Part shown: piece after piece, positions 20,487-29,018 of the stretch
How positions within the stretch are numbered: the stretch's first letter is position 1
Layout of the letters: every line of letters starts with the position of its first letter
Source of the DNA: Actinomycetota bacterium
GTDB taxonomy: Bacteria; Actinomycetota; Acidimicrobiia; IMCC26256; PALSA-610
Direction: 5' to 3'
Length of the DNA: 64,000 bases
Assembly (NCBI GenBank): GCA_005779395.1
Contig: SXJP01000039.1
Span: 22,603 to 86,602, forward strand
Translations under genes and position numbers: made by a program
The notes under the pieces: generated by a model
The model's database searches: none
What the model saw: only the letters and a program-made list of their open reading frames with translations
What the model was told of the DNA's origin: nothing

Positions 20487-22106
20487 ATGTCGCAGATGCA
20501 AGCTACGCGAACGATTGATCTTGCCACATCGGCCGAGCGTGCAAGCGCAGTGATTGCAGCAGAGTTCGGAGCACACGAAGCTTCGCACTGCGCTGACCGG
20601 TCGCCGTGTCTAATCGCGCACCTTCCAGCGATCGCGGCAGAAACCTGGCTCATCACCACCGTGACATCTACGGGTGAAGACTCGTGCACGGTTGACATCG
20701 TCGCGATGACCGACATGAAGGTCCCGTATTTCCAATGGGCGATCACTGGCATGGCACTCGGGCAGCTCGAGCGGCATGCCGACCGTTGCATCAACGTGAT
20801 CGAATGCGCAATTCGTGCTGAGTCCCCACCCGACGCACTTAAGGCCCCAATGCTGCTTGCGAATGTGCCTTTCACGCAACGCCAAGCAAGTCTGCTCGCA
20901 ACAGCTGCGATGGCCACAGCGGTAGCCACTTTTGGTGGCTCGCTATTCGGTCAGAACGCGCAGAACATTCAAGACAGCTTCGACCTTTCCGATCAGGCGC
21001 TTACAGTTGCCCTAGCTGCGTCGCGCGCAGGCGCTCTTGTCGCATTGTTCGTGATGGGCCTCGCGGACAGGGTTGGCCGACGCCGCATGATCCTCATTGG
21101 CCTCATCGGAATGGCGATTGCCAACGCACTCACTGCCCTATCGCCCGATGTCTACACGCTCACAGCTCTCCAAGGAGTGGCGCGAGGCTTCGTCGGTGCT
21201 GCAGCGATAGTTGCGGGCATTGCCGCTATCGAAGAATCGCCGAAGGGCGCACGAGCTTTCGCAGCAGCGATGCTCGCGATGTCCGGTGGATTTGGATTCA
21301 CTGCCGTCGTTTTTCTACTCCCGATCGCAGACAGGCACCCCGACGCTTGGCGACTCTCGTACCTAGTTTCGGGCCTAAGCGTCCTGATCGTCCCGAGCGT
21401 CGCTCGCAACCTCACAGAGAGTCGGCGCTACACGAAGCTTGTCGCAGCCGACATAGAACGCGGGCGCGCTAGCGAGGTCGTTGATCGCCTATACGGGAAA
21501 CGATTCGCGGTGCTAGCTGCCGTCGGTTTCATGACGAACATGTTGTCTGCGCCATCTGCTCAGCTGATGAACAAGTACCTCGATGACCGCGGTTTCTCGA
21601 ACAGTGGTATTACCGGGTTTCGTGCGGCGACCACAGGGTTCCCCGGATTCATCGGCATCATATTGGCAGGGAAACTCACCGAAGTTCGCGGTCGACGTCC
21701 TGTTGCAGCGCTGTTCCTTTGTCTCGCCGGTCTGTGCCAAATCGGATTTTTTCTTTCGTCCGGCATCTTCCTTTATGTGTTTTCGATGCTCAGCGTCCTC
21801 GCTGCGAGTTGCGGTGGTCTCGCGATAAGCACGATGGGCGCCGAACTGTTCCCCACGGAGGTCCGCGGCACGAGCAACGGCATGTTGCTAGTAGTCAGCG
21901 TTGTCGGCTCTGCTTCAGGTTTGATTCTCGCCGGGCTACTTGCAGACCCACTCGGCGGCATTGGTCGAGCGATCGCACTCTGCGCGATTCCGACTGTCTT
22001 GGCCGCGGTCTTATTCGTACCGAGGCTTCCAGAACCTGCGGGCCAAGACCTCGACGAAATTTCCCCGAATGAAAGCCTGCCGGAGCACGCAATAGTCGTT
22101 GATTGA
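20487..22106 (+). CDS. MFS transporter with ~160-aa N-terminal soluble extension
   Basis: The C-terminal ~380 aa has a 12-TM MFS pattern (GLADRVGRRRMIL loop motif). The N-terminal region (MSQMQATRTIDLATSAERASAVIA...) is non-membrane. The start is uncertain: ATG 20487 or ATG 20439. Confidence 0.75.
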   Translation: MSQMQATRTIDLATSAERASAVIAAEFGAHEASHCADRSPCLIAHLPAIAAETWLITTVTSTGEDSCTVDIVAMTDMKVPYFQWAITGMALGQLERHADRCINVIECAIRAESPPDALKAPMLLANVPFTQRQASLLATAAMATAVATFGGSLFGQNAQNIQDSFDLSDQALTVALAASRAGALVALFVMGLADRVGRRRMILIGLIGMAIANALTALSPDVYTLTALQGVARGFVGAAAIVAGIAAIEESPKGARAFAAAMLAMSGGFGFTAVVFLLPIADRHPDAWRLSYLVSGLSVLIVPSVARNLTESRRYTKLVAADIERGRASEVVDRLYGKRFAVLAAVGFMTNMLSAPSAQLMNKYLDDRGFSNSGITGFRAATTGFPGFIGIILAGKLTEVRGRRPVAALFLCLAGLCQIGFFLSSGIFLYVFSMLSVLAASCGGLAISTMGAELFPTEVRGTSNGMLLVVSVVGSASGLILAGLLADPLGGIGRAIALCAIPTVLAAVLFVPRLPEPAGQDLDEISPNESLPEHAIVVD

Positions 22107-22185
22107 AAAATTCCTTTCGCGAAGACTTCAGTTTTTGACATGGTTTGGCCGATGACTCCCGTGCGGGCGGGGCAGAGGGGAACTA

Positions 22186-23535
22186 ATGCCGACAGCCGAC
22201 GCAATCAGCCACCTCTTCAAGCGGGCTGGATTCGGCCTCGACCTGGAGACCATTCAGCAGAAGTCCTTGCAACCACTAGAGACGACAGTTGAAGAACTAC
22301 TAGACGATTTCGTCGAAGTCGAGAAACCGACATTTCTCGACGACGCGAGCCTCGAAGACTGGGAACGCGAGTACCTGCTACGCCACTGGTGGCTAGACCG
22401 CATGGCAGGTTCGACTAAACCCCTCCAAGAAAAACTCACGCTCTTTTGGCACGGACATTTCGCTACAGAGAACTCGAAGGTAAACGACGTCCGCCTGATG
22501 TGGGATCAGAACAACCTGTTCCGGACATCCGGCATGGGCAATTTTCGTGAACTTGTTCAGAACATGTCGTTGCAAGCAGCGATGGTCTTATACCTAGACA
22601 ATGCCTATAACCACAAGAGTTCCCCGAATGAAAACTTTGCGCGCGAATTGCTTGAACTCTTCACTTTGGGAGTGAACCAGTACAGCCAGGCCGACGTCAT
22701 CACGGCCGCTCGAGCTTGGACAGGTCACAACATCAACGACTCCATGAGCCCGATGACATATGAGTTTCACAGCACCGCCCACGACTTCGGGACCAAGGAA
22801 TTCATGGGTGAGTCAAGGGCTTGGGACGGACCACAGATAATCGACTACCTACTTGAAGAAAACCTGGCCACGAAAATGATCGCTGCACGGCACATCACAC
22901 GAAAGTTATGGGTGTACTTCGCGGGCTCGACTCCACCGGAAGCAGTGATTGACGAACTGTCGCACGTGTTCTTCGATTCGGACCTAAACATCAAAGACTT
23001 GCTGCGAGCAGTCTTCCTAAGGCCCGAGTTTTATGGACGCCGGTCCCGGAATGGACTCGTCCGCAACCCGACAGAGTGGGTGGTCGCGATAATGAAAGCG
23101 ACCCACATCCCGATGACCGATCCAGGAGATGGCAGCGACCATTTTCACGCCTGGGGAATGGACGAGATGGGGATGGAACTCTTTCAACCACCGAACGTCG
23201 CTGGCTGGAAGAACAACGCTTACTGGCTTGGTACTACACAACACTGGGCTCGCGCTTCATGGATATGGAACTACCGCTGGACTCTGCATGAGGCGAACTT
23301 CTTGTTTAGTGACGTACAGGAAGTACTCGATGGACCTGGTGGCGATGCGCGCTACGAATTAGCGGTCGACAATGCCTTGGCCAAGTTCGGCATCTACACG
23401 CCGACTGCCAACACCAAATCTGTGCTCACGACTTGGATCAAGAAGCAGTACGAGGCTCCCGGCGAATGGCGCCAACGCGCTTGGTACCACGTCACGCAAC
23501 TAATCACGATGTCCCCAGATTTCATGATGGCCTAA
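22186..23535 (+). CDS. DUF1800 family protein
   Basis: 449 aa with LFWHGHFAT and LLELFTLG blocks typical of DUF1800. It has a good RBS (GAGGGGA) and is paired with a DUF1501 gene downstream. Confidence 0.8.
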   Translation: MPTADAISHLFKRAGFGLDLETIQQKSLQPLETTVEELLDDFVEVEKPTFLDDASLEDWEREYLLRHWWLDRMAGSTKPLQEKLTLFWHGHFATENSKVNDVRLMWDQNNLFRTSGMGNFRELVQNMSLQAAMVLYLDNAYNHKSSPNENFARELLELFTLGVNQYSQADVITAARAWTGHNINDSMSPMTYEFHSTAHDFGTKEFMGESRAWDGPQIIDYLLEENLATKMIAARHITRKLWVYFAGSTPPEAVIDELSHVFFDSDLNIKDLLRAVFLRPEFYGRRSRNGLVRNPTEWVVAIMKATHIPMTDPGDGSDHFHAWGMDEMGMELFQPPNVAGWKNNAYWLGTTQHWARASWIWNYRWTLHEANFLFSDVQEVLDGPGGDARYELAVDNALAKFGIYTPTANTKSVLTTWIKKQYEAPGEWRQRAWYHVTQLITMSPDFMMA

Positions 23536-23546
23536 AGGCGAACCCG

Positions 23547-24839
23547 ATGACCACGACCTTCAACCAAGACACCAACACAGATCGCCTCAGGATGAACTTG
23601 GACCTAGGGCGACGGCGCTTCCTCCAACTCGGTGCAGCCGGTGTCGGTGGACTCGCTCTGAATCCGCTGCTAAGCAATCTCAACGCATTCGCAGCACCAC
23701 AACTAGGACCGCACGATCCGATTCTCGTGCTAATCGAGATGGATGGTGGCAACGATGCTCTCAACATGCTCTGCCCGACGACCCAATCCGCGTACTACGA
23801 AAAGCGCCCGACGATCGCGATTCCAGAAGCTTCGCAGTTAGCTATAAATACCGAAGTAGGCCTGCACCCAAATCTCGCGAACATCAAGAAGCGCTACGAC
23901 AATGGCAAAGTCGCATTCATCCGCGGAGTCGGATCCAATCCAACCGATTTCAGCCACTTCACGTCGATGGCTAACTGGATGCAAGGTTGGGGTGGCGGAC
24001 AGCTTGCTTACCCAACTGGCTGGATCGGACGCTGGGCAGACAGCCTCTACAACGCCCAAAATGAAGCGCTGTACCAGGTAGTCATCGATCAGTCGGTGCC
24101 GCTACATCATGTTGGCGACAAGAATCAGGCCGCAGGACTTCCACTATGGATTGGCAGCGCTTTCGGCGTCGAGAGGGACACGCCCGATGAGATCCGAATG
24201 CTTAGGACTCTGTCAAAATATGCAGCCTCGGGTGAGAGTGGACGAGGTGACTGGGGCAATGAAATTGCTGAGAGCAACAAAGCACTTGTTCGTGTCAGTG
24301 GCAAGGTCCAACCAGCGTACGCAGGCGAATTTCCCGACGATTACTTCGCTCATCAAATGGCGCTCGCGGCGAATCTGATCAACGCCAATCTAGGGATACG
24401 TGTACTCACAGTCCGACTCGGCGGCTTCGATACCCATACCAACCAAGGTGGGATAGTGGGCGATCACGCGAACTTGATGAAAAGTCTCGATGACGGGATC
24501 AAAGCATTCTTCACCAAACTGTCTCTCAACTACAGACGTCAAACCCTCCTGATGTCGTTCTCGGAGTTTGGTCGACGACCAGAGGAGAACAGCGATCGTG
24601 GGACCGACCACGGGACAGCAGGCGTTGTGATGCTCATTGGCGATCTGGTCCGTGGAGGCGTCTACGGAAGCCAACCATCGCTGGCTTCAGCGGATCTCGT
24701 TGACTATGGCAATCTCAAACGATATGTTGATTTCCGTCGCGTTTATGCAAGCGTGTTGAAGAAATGGTTGCGAGCCGACCCCACCTCGCTGCTCGGAAGG
24801 AGCTACGACACGCTCGACTTCATCAAGGCCGCGCCGTAG
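23547..24839 (+). CDS. DUF1501 family protein (sulfatase-like fold) with twin-arginine signal
   Basis: ATG 23547 lies 12 bp after the DUF1800 stop. Tat motif GRRRFLQLGAAGVGG and C-terminal block FSEFGRRPEENSDRGTDHG. Confidence 0.85.
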   Translation: MTTTFNQDTNTDRLRMNLDLGRRRFLQLGAAGVGGLALNPLLSNLNAFAAPQLGPHDPILVLIEMDGGNDALNMLCPTTQSAYYEKRPTIAIPEASQLAINTEVGLHPNLANIKKRYDNGKVAFIRGVGSNPTDFSHFTSMANWMQGWGGGQLAYPTGWIGRWADSLYNAQNEALYQVVIDQSVPLHHVGDKNQAAGLPLWIGSAFGVERDTPDEIRMLRTLSKYAASGESGRGDWGNEIAESNKALVRVSGKVQPAYAGEFPDDYFAHQMALAANLINANLGIRVLTVRLGGFDTHTNQGGIVGDHANLMKSLDDGIKAFFTKLSLNYRRQTLLMSFSEFGRRPEENSDRGTDHGTAGVVMLIGDLVRGGVYGSQPSLASADLVDYGNLKRYVDFRRVYASVLKKWLRADPTSLLGRSYDTLDFIKAAP

Positions 24840-24867
24840 CCAAATCTGTCGTGCATCGGATTTCGTA

Positions 24868-25647
24868 TTAGCGAGCGCTTAGCGACTCCCATCCTTGCGG
24901 AGGCTGTTCTAGGCGCCAATAGGCCTCATCTGGTCGTGAAGCGAGTTTCAGTGACAAGTTCCAGTCGTGCTCGAGGGCAAGTAGCTGGCTCGGATAGTGC
25001 TCGATTGCCGCAAGCTTGCGATCCCACGACTGGTCGGTCGATGGGCTCGCTTTCGTCGGCCAGAGGTTCGAACGAAACAACTCTGAGACTCGCCATGCGA
25101 GCATGCCGGGAATGAAGTTGTATCCCATGTCTTCGTAAGCGAACCACGAGAGTTCCGAGCCAAGTCCCTCGCGAGCGATGGTCGCTGCGTCGTGAGTCAC
25201 TCCATGGTCTGGGTTGGCCAAACCGAACGGGATAATGACGCTTGTTGGACTATGACTCGCGATGGCGTCGGCCAGCGTCGGGGCGATCAACGTGGGCGAA
25301 ACCGGGTTGCCGGCTTCGTTGTACGAGTGCTCGACAAAGTCAAGGTGATGAGCAATAGCACCAAGGCTCGACAGTGCCGAGATGTCTTCGGCTCTGCGCG
25401 CTGCCATCACATCATCGTCGGGAACGAATCCAGAGATGACATCCCAGGGCCGTTGCGGAACCGGGTATGCATCCGGATTACCAGCGAAAACTGTTATGAC
25501 TACCGCTCCTGGATGAGCGCTCAGTAACTGCCCACATCCGAGCACGGCATCATCTAGGTGTGGAGACACGACAACTATCCGTTCGAGTTCGCACTCCGCT
25601 ACGAGTCCCCAGCCGAGCATCGACTGCTCGGACTCGTTTCTACTCAT
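24868..25647 (-). CDS. PIG-L/LmbE family N-acetyl deacetylase
   Basis: 259 aa with the VVVSPHLDDAVLGCG metal-binding motif. Its ATG overlaps the upstream gene's end by 8 nt. Confidence 0.85.
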   Translation of the reverse strand: MSRNESEQSMLGWGLVAECELERIVVVSPHLDDAVLGCGQLLSAHPGAVVITVFAGNPDAYPVPQRPWDVISGFVPDDDVMAARRAEDISALSSLGAIAHHLDFVEHSYNEAGNPVSPTLIAPTLADAIASHSPTSVIIPFGLANPDHGVTHDAATIAREGLGSELSWFAYEDMGYNFIPGMLAWRVSELFRSNLWPTKASPSTDQSWDRKLAAIEHYPSQLLALEHDWNLSLKLASRPDEAYWRLEQPPQGWESLSAR

Positions 25648-26986
25648 ACAGCTTGTCTACATAGTCCGCTATACCAGCTTCGACTAGGCCCTGCATTTCG
25701 GTCATCTGCGCCATGCCGTAGACCGGCGCCAGGTCGCTTCCCGCGTCCGGGTTCTCTCGCAGATATTGAACACACGCGGCGAGGTCTGCCACGAGGCGCT
25801 CGACTACTCCCGTTTGGCAGTGTCGCAAAGTGACACACAGGTGCATTGCTGCCGGTTCTTGCAAGCCATTTAGCGACCATCCGCGTTTCGCCATCTCGTC
25901 GAGGACACCCCAGATGTTGACTTCATCTGACTTCCAAGCAACGTCAAAGAGTGGGTCACCGATTACCTCGATTCCATCGATCTCCCTCACCGCCGCCTTC
26001 ACTTGCGATGCGGTTTCGAGAATCTGCCTGACAGCTGCGAGATAACCATCTTCACCCATAGAAACCATCGCTGCCCAACACTGAGCGATGAGCGCCCCAG
26101 GACGCGACCCAGCAAACGTCGGCGAGTAATAGAGCCCGCCCGACCACGAGGCCGTCGTGTAGTACTGAAAATGTCGCAAGGCTTTGCCGCGATACAAGAC
26201 GACCGAGGTTCCCTTTGCCGCGTAGCCGTACTTATGTGTGTCGGCTGACATCGATGTGACCCCAGGTATCCGAAAATCAAATGGCGGTACTTCGTAGCCC
26301 AGTCTTTCTGCCCACGGCAAGACGAACCCACCGAGACATGCGTCGACATGCATTCCAACCCCGCGCTCGGAAGCTGCCTCGGCCAACGCCTCGATCGGGT
26401 CTACTAGACCATTCGGGTAGTTAGGCGCCGAGCCAACGACGACGACAGTGTTCGCGTTGATCGCAGCCGTCATGGCTACGACATCTGCGCGCCCATCGGG
26501 CCCAGGTTGAATCGACACCTTCTTGATGCCGAAGTATTGGCTCGCCTTGTCGAATGCAGCATGAGCGGTTGCTGGAATAACCATTTCTGGTTCGGTGATG
26601 CCGTTAGCGAATCCTCGATCGCGGTACGTCTTCATGGCGAGCAGAATGCTCTCGGTGCCTCCGCTACTCACTGTGCCAACAACGTCGTCGTCACCGTTGA
26701 GCATCGTCGCTGTCATCCGACAGATCTCGCCATCGAACTTTGAAATGCTCGGCCACAGGTCTGCATGTAGCGGATTCGTCTGGCTGTGCAACGCGTAGAC
26801 CTCGGACAAGAACGCTATGTGTTCTGGGTCACCGTGGTAGACGCTGCCGCTAGCGAACCCGTCTACCCATCGACTCTCTTCGCGGTCGCGCAAGTCGGTC
26901 ATCATCGCGAGGACATCTTTGTGGTCTCTGCCATGCAGAGGAATTTCGCGCACAGGCGGGAACTCATCTTTGTAGGGATTGCTCAA
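25640..26986 (-). CDS. PLP-dependent group II decarboxylase-fold enzyme, sphingosine-1-phosphate-lyase-like
   Basis: The PLP-lysine block SADTHKYGYAAKGTSVVLYR closely matches the SPL signature. TTG 26986 is preceded by GAGAGGAAG and lies 13 nt after the kinase stop. The track ORF to 27124 would overlap the kinase. Confidence 0.85.
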   Translation of the reverse strand: MSNPYKDEFPPVREIPLHGRDHKDVLAMMTDLRDREESRWVDGFASGSVYHGDPEHIAFLSEVYALHSQTNPLHADLWPSISKFDGEICRMTATMLNGDDDVVGTVSSGGTESILLAMKTYRDRGFANGITEPEMVIPATAHAAFDKASQYFGIKKVSIQPGPDGRADVVAMTAAINANTVVVVGSAPNYPNGLVDPIEALAEAASERGVGMHVDACLGGFVLPWAERLGYEVPPFDFRIPGVTSMSADTHKYGYAAKGTSVVLYRGKALRHFQYYTTASWSGGLYYSPTFAGSRPGALIAQCWAAMVSMGEDGYLAAVRQILETASQVKAAVREIDGIEVIGDPLFDVAWKSDEVNIWGVLDEMAKRGWSLNGLQEPAAMHLCVTLRHCQTGVVERLVADLAACVQYLRENPDAGSDLAPVYGMAQMTEMQGLVEAGIADYVDKLYE

Positions 26987-26999
26987 TTTCTTCCTCTCG

Positions 27000-28616
27000 T
27001 CAAGACGCCGCGTTCGCGTGGCGCTCGCGGTACCAGCCCTTAGTTTGTTTATGAAAAGCCCGGTACGCACCGTAAGCATCGTCGTACAACGAACGGTTCG
27101 CCGGCTTCGGCACGTAGGTGGCACTTATCTCGACGACATCGGCGATTCCGTCGATGTCAACGCGGCCGAGCGCGAGCGAGGCGAGCATCGCGGCGCCGCG
27201 CCCATTCGCTCGGATCGGATCTTTTACGCTTCGGATTTCACGGTCGAGAACGTCAGCAAAGATCTGCGCCCAAAATTCGGAGTTAGCTCCGCCGCCTACG
27301 AAGTTCAACCACGGGAATGGTCCACCGCGGAACTTCTCGACCCCAGCCAACAACCACCGAGTATTGAGAGCCACGCCTTCGAGAACGGACCGCACCAAGT
27401 CTGCTCGCGTGGTCGAAATCGAAACGTTGGCCCAAGCTGACCGCAGGTGGTGATCGTCGACGGGCGTGCGCTCCCCCACCAACCACGGGAAGAATAAAAC
27501 TCCGTTAGAACCTGGGGGCGCGCTCGCCGCGAGCTCATCAATTAGCGCGTACGCATTGGGCGGTGGCTCAGGAGTCCCGAGACAATCGGTCGGCCAAAGC
27601 ACGTTGTCGCGCAAAAAGTTGAGGCACTCTCCTGCCGTCTCTTGTTCATCGGCAATGAAGTAGCGACCCGGCAGCGGCGACGGCAAAGACGCGATGCCGC
27701 GCGATAAATCGGTCTTCTTCTCCAGAACATGGCCACTAACCCACGATGACGTACCGACGTAGAGATGTCCCTCGCCGTCTCGAACAGCGCCACTCCCGAT
27801 AGCAGCAGACTGCACGTCGGGCGTACCACCGATAACCGGAATACCGGTAGGCACACCGAGACTCGTCGCGACCTCAGGTAACACATCGCCGACAATGTCT
27901 GTGGCTGCGATCAGATCAGGAAATTTCCTGCGTTCGAACCCAACCGCTGCCAACAGGCTCGGGGAATAGTCGATCTTCGAAGGATCGCGATTATCTGTCA
28001 ACCAATGAACTGCTATTGAGTCATGCGTTGCGACCATGCGGCCAGTTAGTTGGTGGTTCAGCCAATCCTTAGGTTCGAGGTAACAGTGTGTTGCGGCGGC
28101 TATTTCAGGTCGATCTCTCTCGATCCATAAGACGTGGCTGATCGGATCTTTGCCTGAGTGTGCTGGCGCGCCACCAGTGAGAGATATCCAGCGCCGCAAC
28201 CTCTGCGGTGAGTAACCGCTGACGTTGACACGGCCTCGCACGATGTCGCGAGTAACGCCCGCGCCGCGTGCGTCCATCCAGATGACGGCATTCATTAATG
28301 GCTTACCCGAAGCGTCTACGGCGACGGTCCCTGACCACTGCGACGTCACCGAGATTCCGACAACACTCACAGGATCGACTACTTGCCTTGCCGCCAAACG
28401 TTGCGCCGATGCCAATATGCCTTCCCACCAGTCGGATGGTCGTTGCTCAACTCCGTCTGGCGGCACTAGGACAAGTTCGACCGGTTCGAATTCCCCAGCG
28501 ACGAAGTGACCTTTGGTCGTGAAGTACGCAACCTTCGGACCAGATGTTCCGAGATCGATCGTGAGAATGTGTTCGGTCACCGTGACGTCGCTATTCACTC
28601 TTGCGGCGCCGACCAT
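27000..28616 (-). CDS. FGGY-family carbohydrate kinase (xylulokinase-like)
   Basis: 538 aa with N-terminal ILTIDLGTSGPKV and the GTPDVQSAAIGSG / FVGGGANS FGGY blocks. The start is ambiguous: ATG 28616, GTG 28598 or GTG 28580. Confidence 0.88.
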   Translation of the reverse strand: MVGAARVNSDVTVTEHILTIDLGTSGPKVAYFTTKGHFVAGEFEPVELVLVPPDGVEQRPSDWWEGILASAQRLAARQVVDPVSVVGISVTSQWSGTVAVDASGKPLMNAVIWMDARGAGVTRDIVRGRVNVSGYSPQRLRRWISLTGGAPAHSGKDPISHVLWIERDRPEIAAATHCYLEPKDWLNHQLTGRMVATHDSIAVHWLTDNRDPSKIDYSPSLLAAVGFERRKFPDLIAATDIVGDVLPEVATSLGVPTGIPVIGGTPDVQSAAIGSGAVRDGEGHLYVGTSSWVSGHVLEKKTDLSRGIASLPSPLPGRYFIADEQETAGECLNFLRDNVLWPTDCLGTPEPPPNAYALIDELAASAPPGSNGVLFFPWLVGERTPVDDHHLRSAWANVSISTTRADLVRSVLEGVALNTRWLLAGVEKFRGGPFPWLNFVGGGANSEFWAQIFADVLDREIRSVKDPIRANGRGAAMLASLALGRVDIDGIADVVEISATYVPKPANRSLYDDAYGAYRAFHKQTKGWYRERHANAAS

Positions 28617-28899
28617 GGCCGAAGAACCCGCCTACCGGACGAGCATGTGCGTGGTAATGGTCGGGGATATTGCGCATGTTGTCGTCTACGTAGTGCTCGA
28701 AATCGAAATGCTCTGTCACGACGAGTTTGAGTTTCGTCATCATGTGCACCATGTCGACCTCGGGAGGCTCGACACCGTGGGGCTTCCAAACGACCATCGG
28801 CGTATAACAGATCTCACATTCGGCGATCCAGCAGATGTCGTCTTCGTGGAACCATTCGGTGATACGTGCGGCTTCGCAGAGGTCGCAGTGATGATCCAT
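28591..28899 (-). CDS. small Cys-rich HIT-like (histidine-triad-like) protein
   Basis: ATG 28899 is preceded by GGTGGAGG. The 102-aa product has CDLC...CEIC motifs and a C-terminal H-Y-H-A-H-A tract resembling the HxHxHxx HIT motif. The assignment is tentative. Confidence 0.5.
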   Translation of the reverse strand: MDHHCDLCEAARITEWFHEDDICWIAECEICYTPMVVWKPHGVEPPEVDMVHMMTKLKLVVTEHFDFEHYVDDNMRNIPDHYHAHARPVGGFFGHGRRRKSE

Positions 28900-29018
28900 A
28901 ACCTCCACCGTATGTGAAGTAACGGGCACGGAGCGACAAGGATCGGAACACAAATGGCCGAACTGGCCGTTCGACCCATTCCGAAGCCGTCCTGAAACAT
29001 GGCAGAATATGCAGGCTT

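Noticed and set aside
20441-20929. An N-terminal extension that makes bcp a 317-aa protein.
   Set aside because: Peroxiredoxin homology begins at ATG 20440 (MTKLEVGNRAPIF). The extension is antisense to the MFS gene and looks non-coding.
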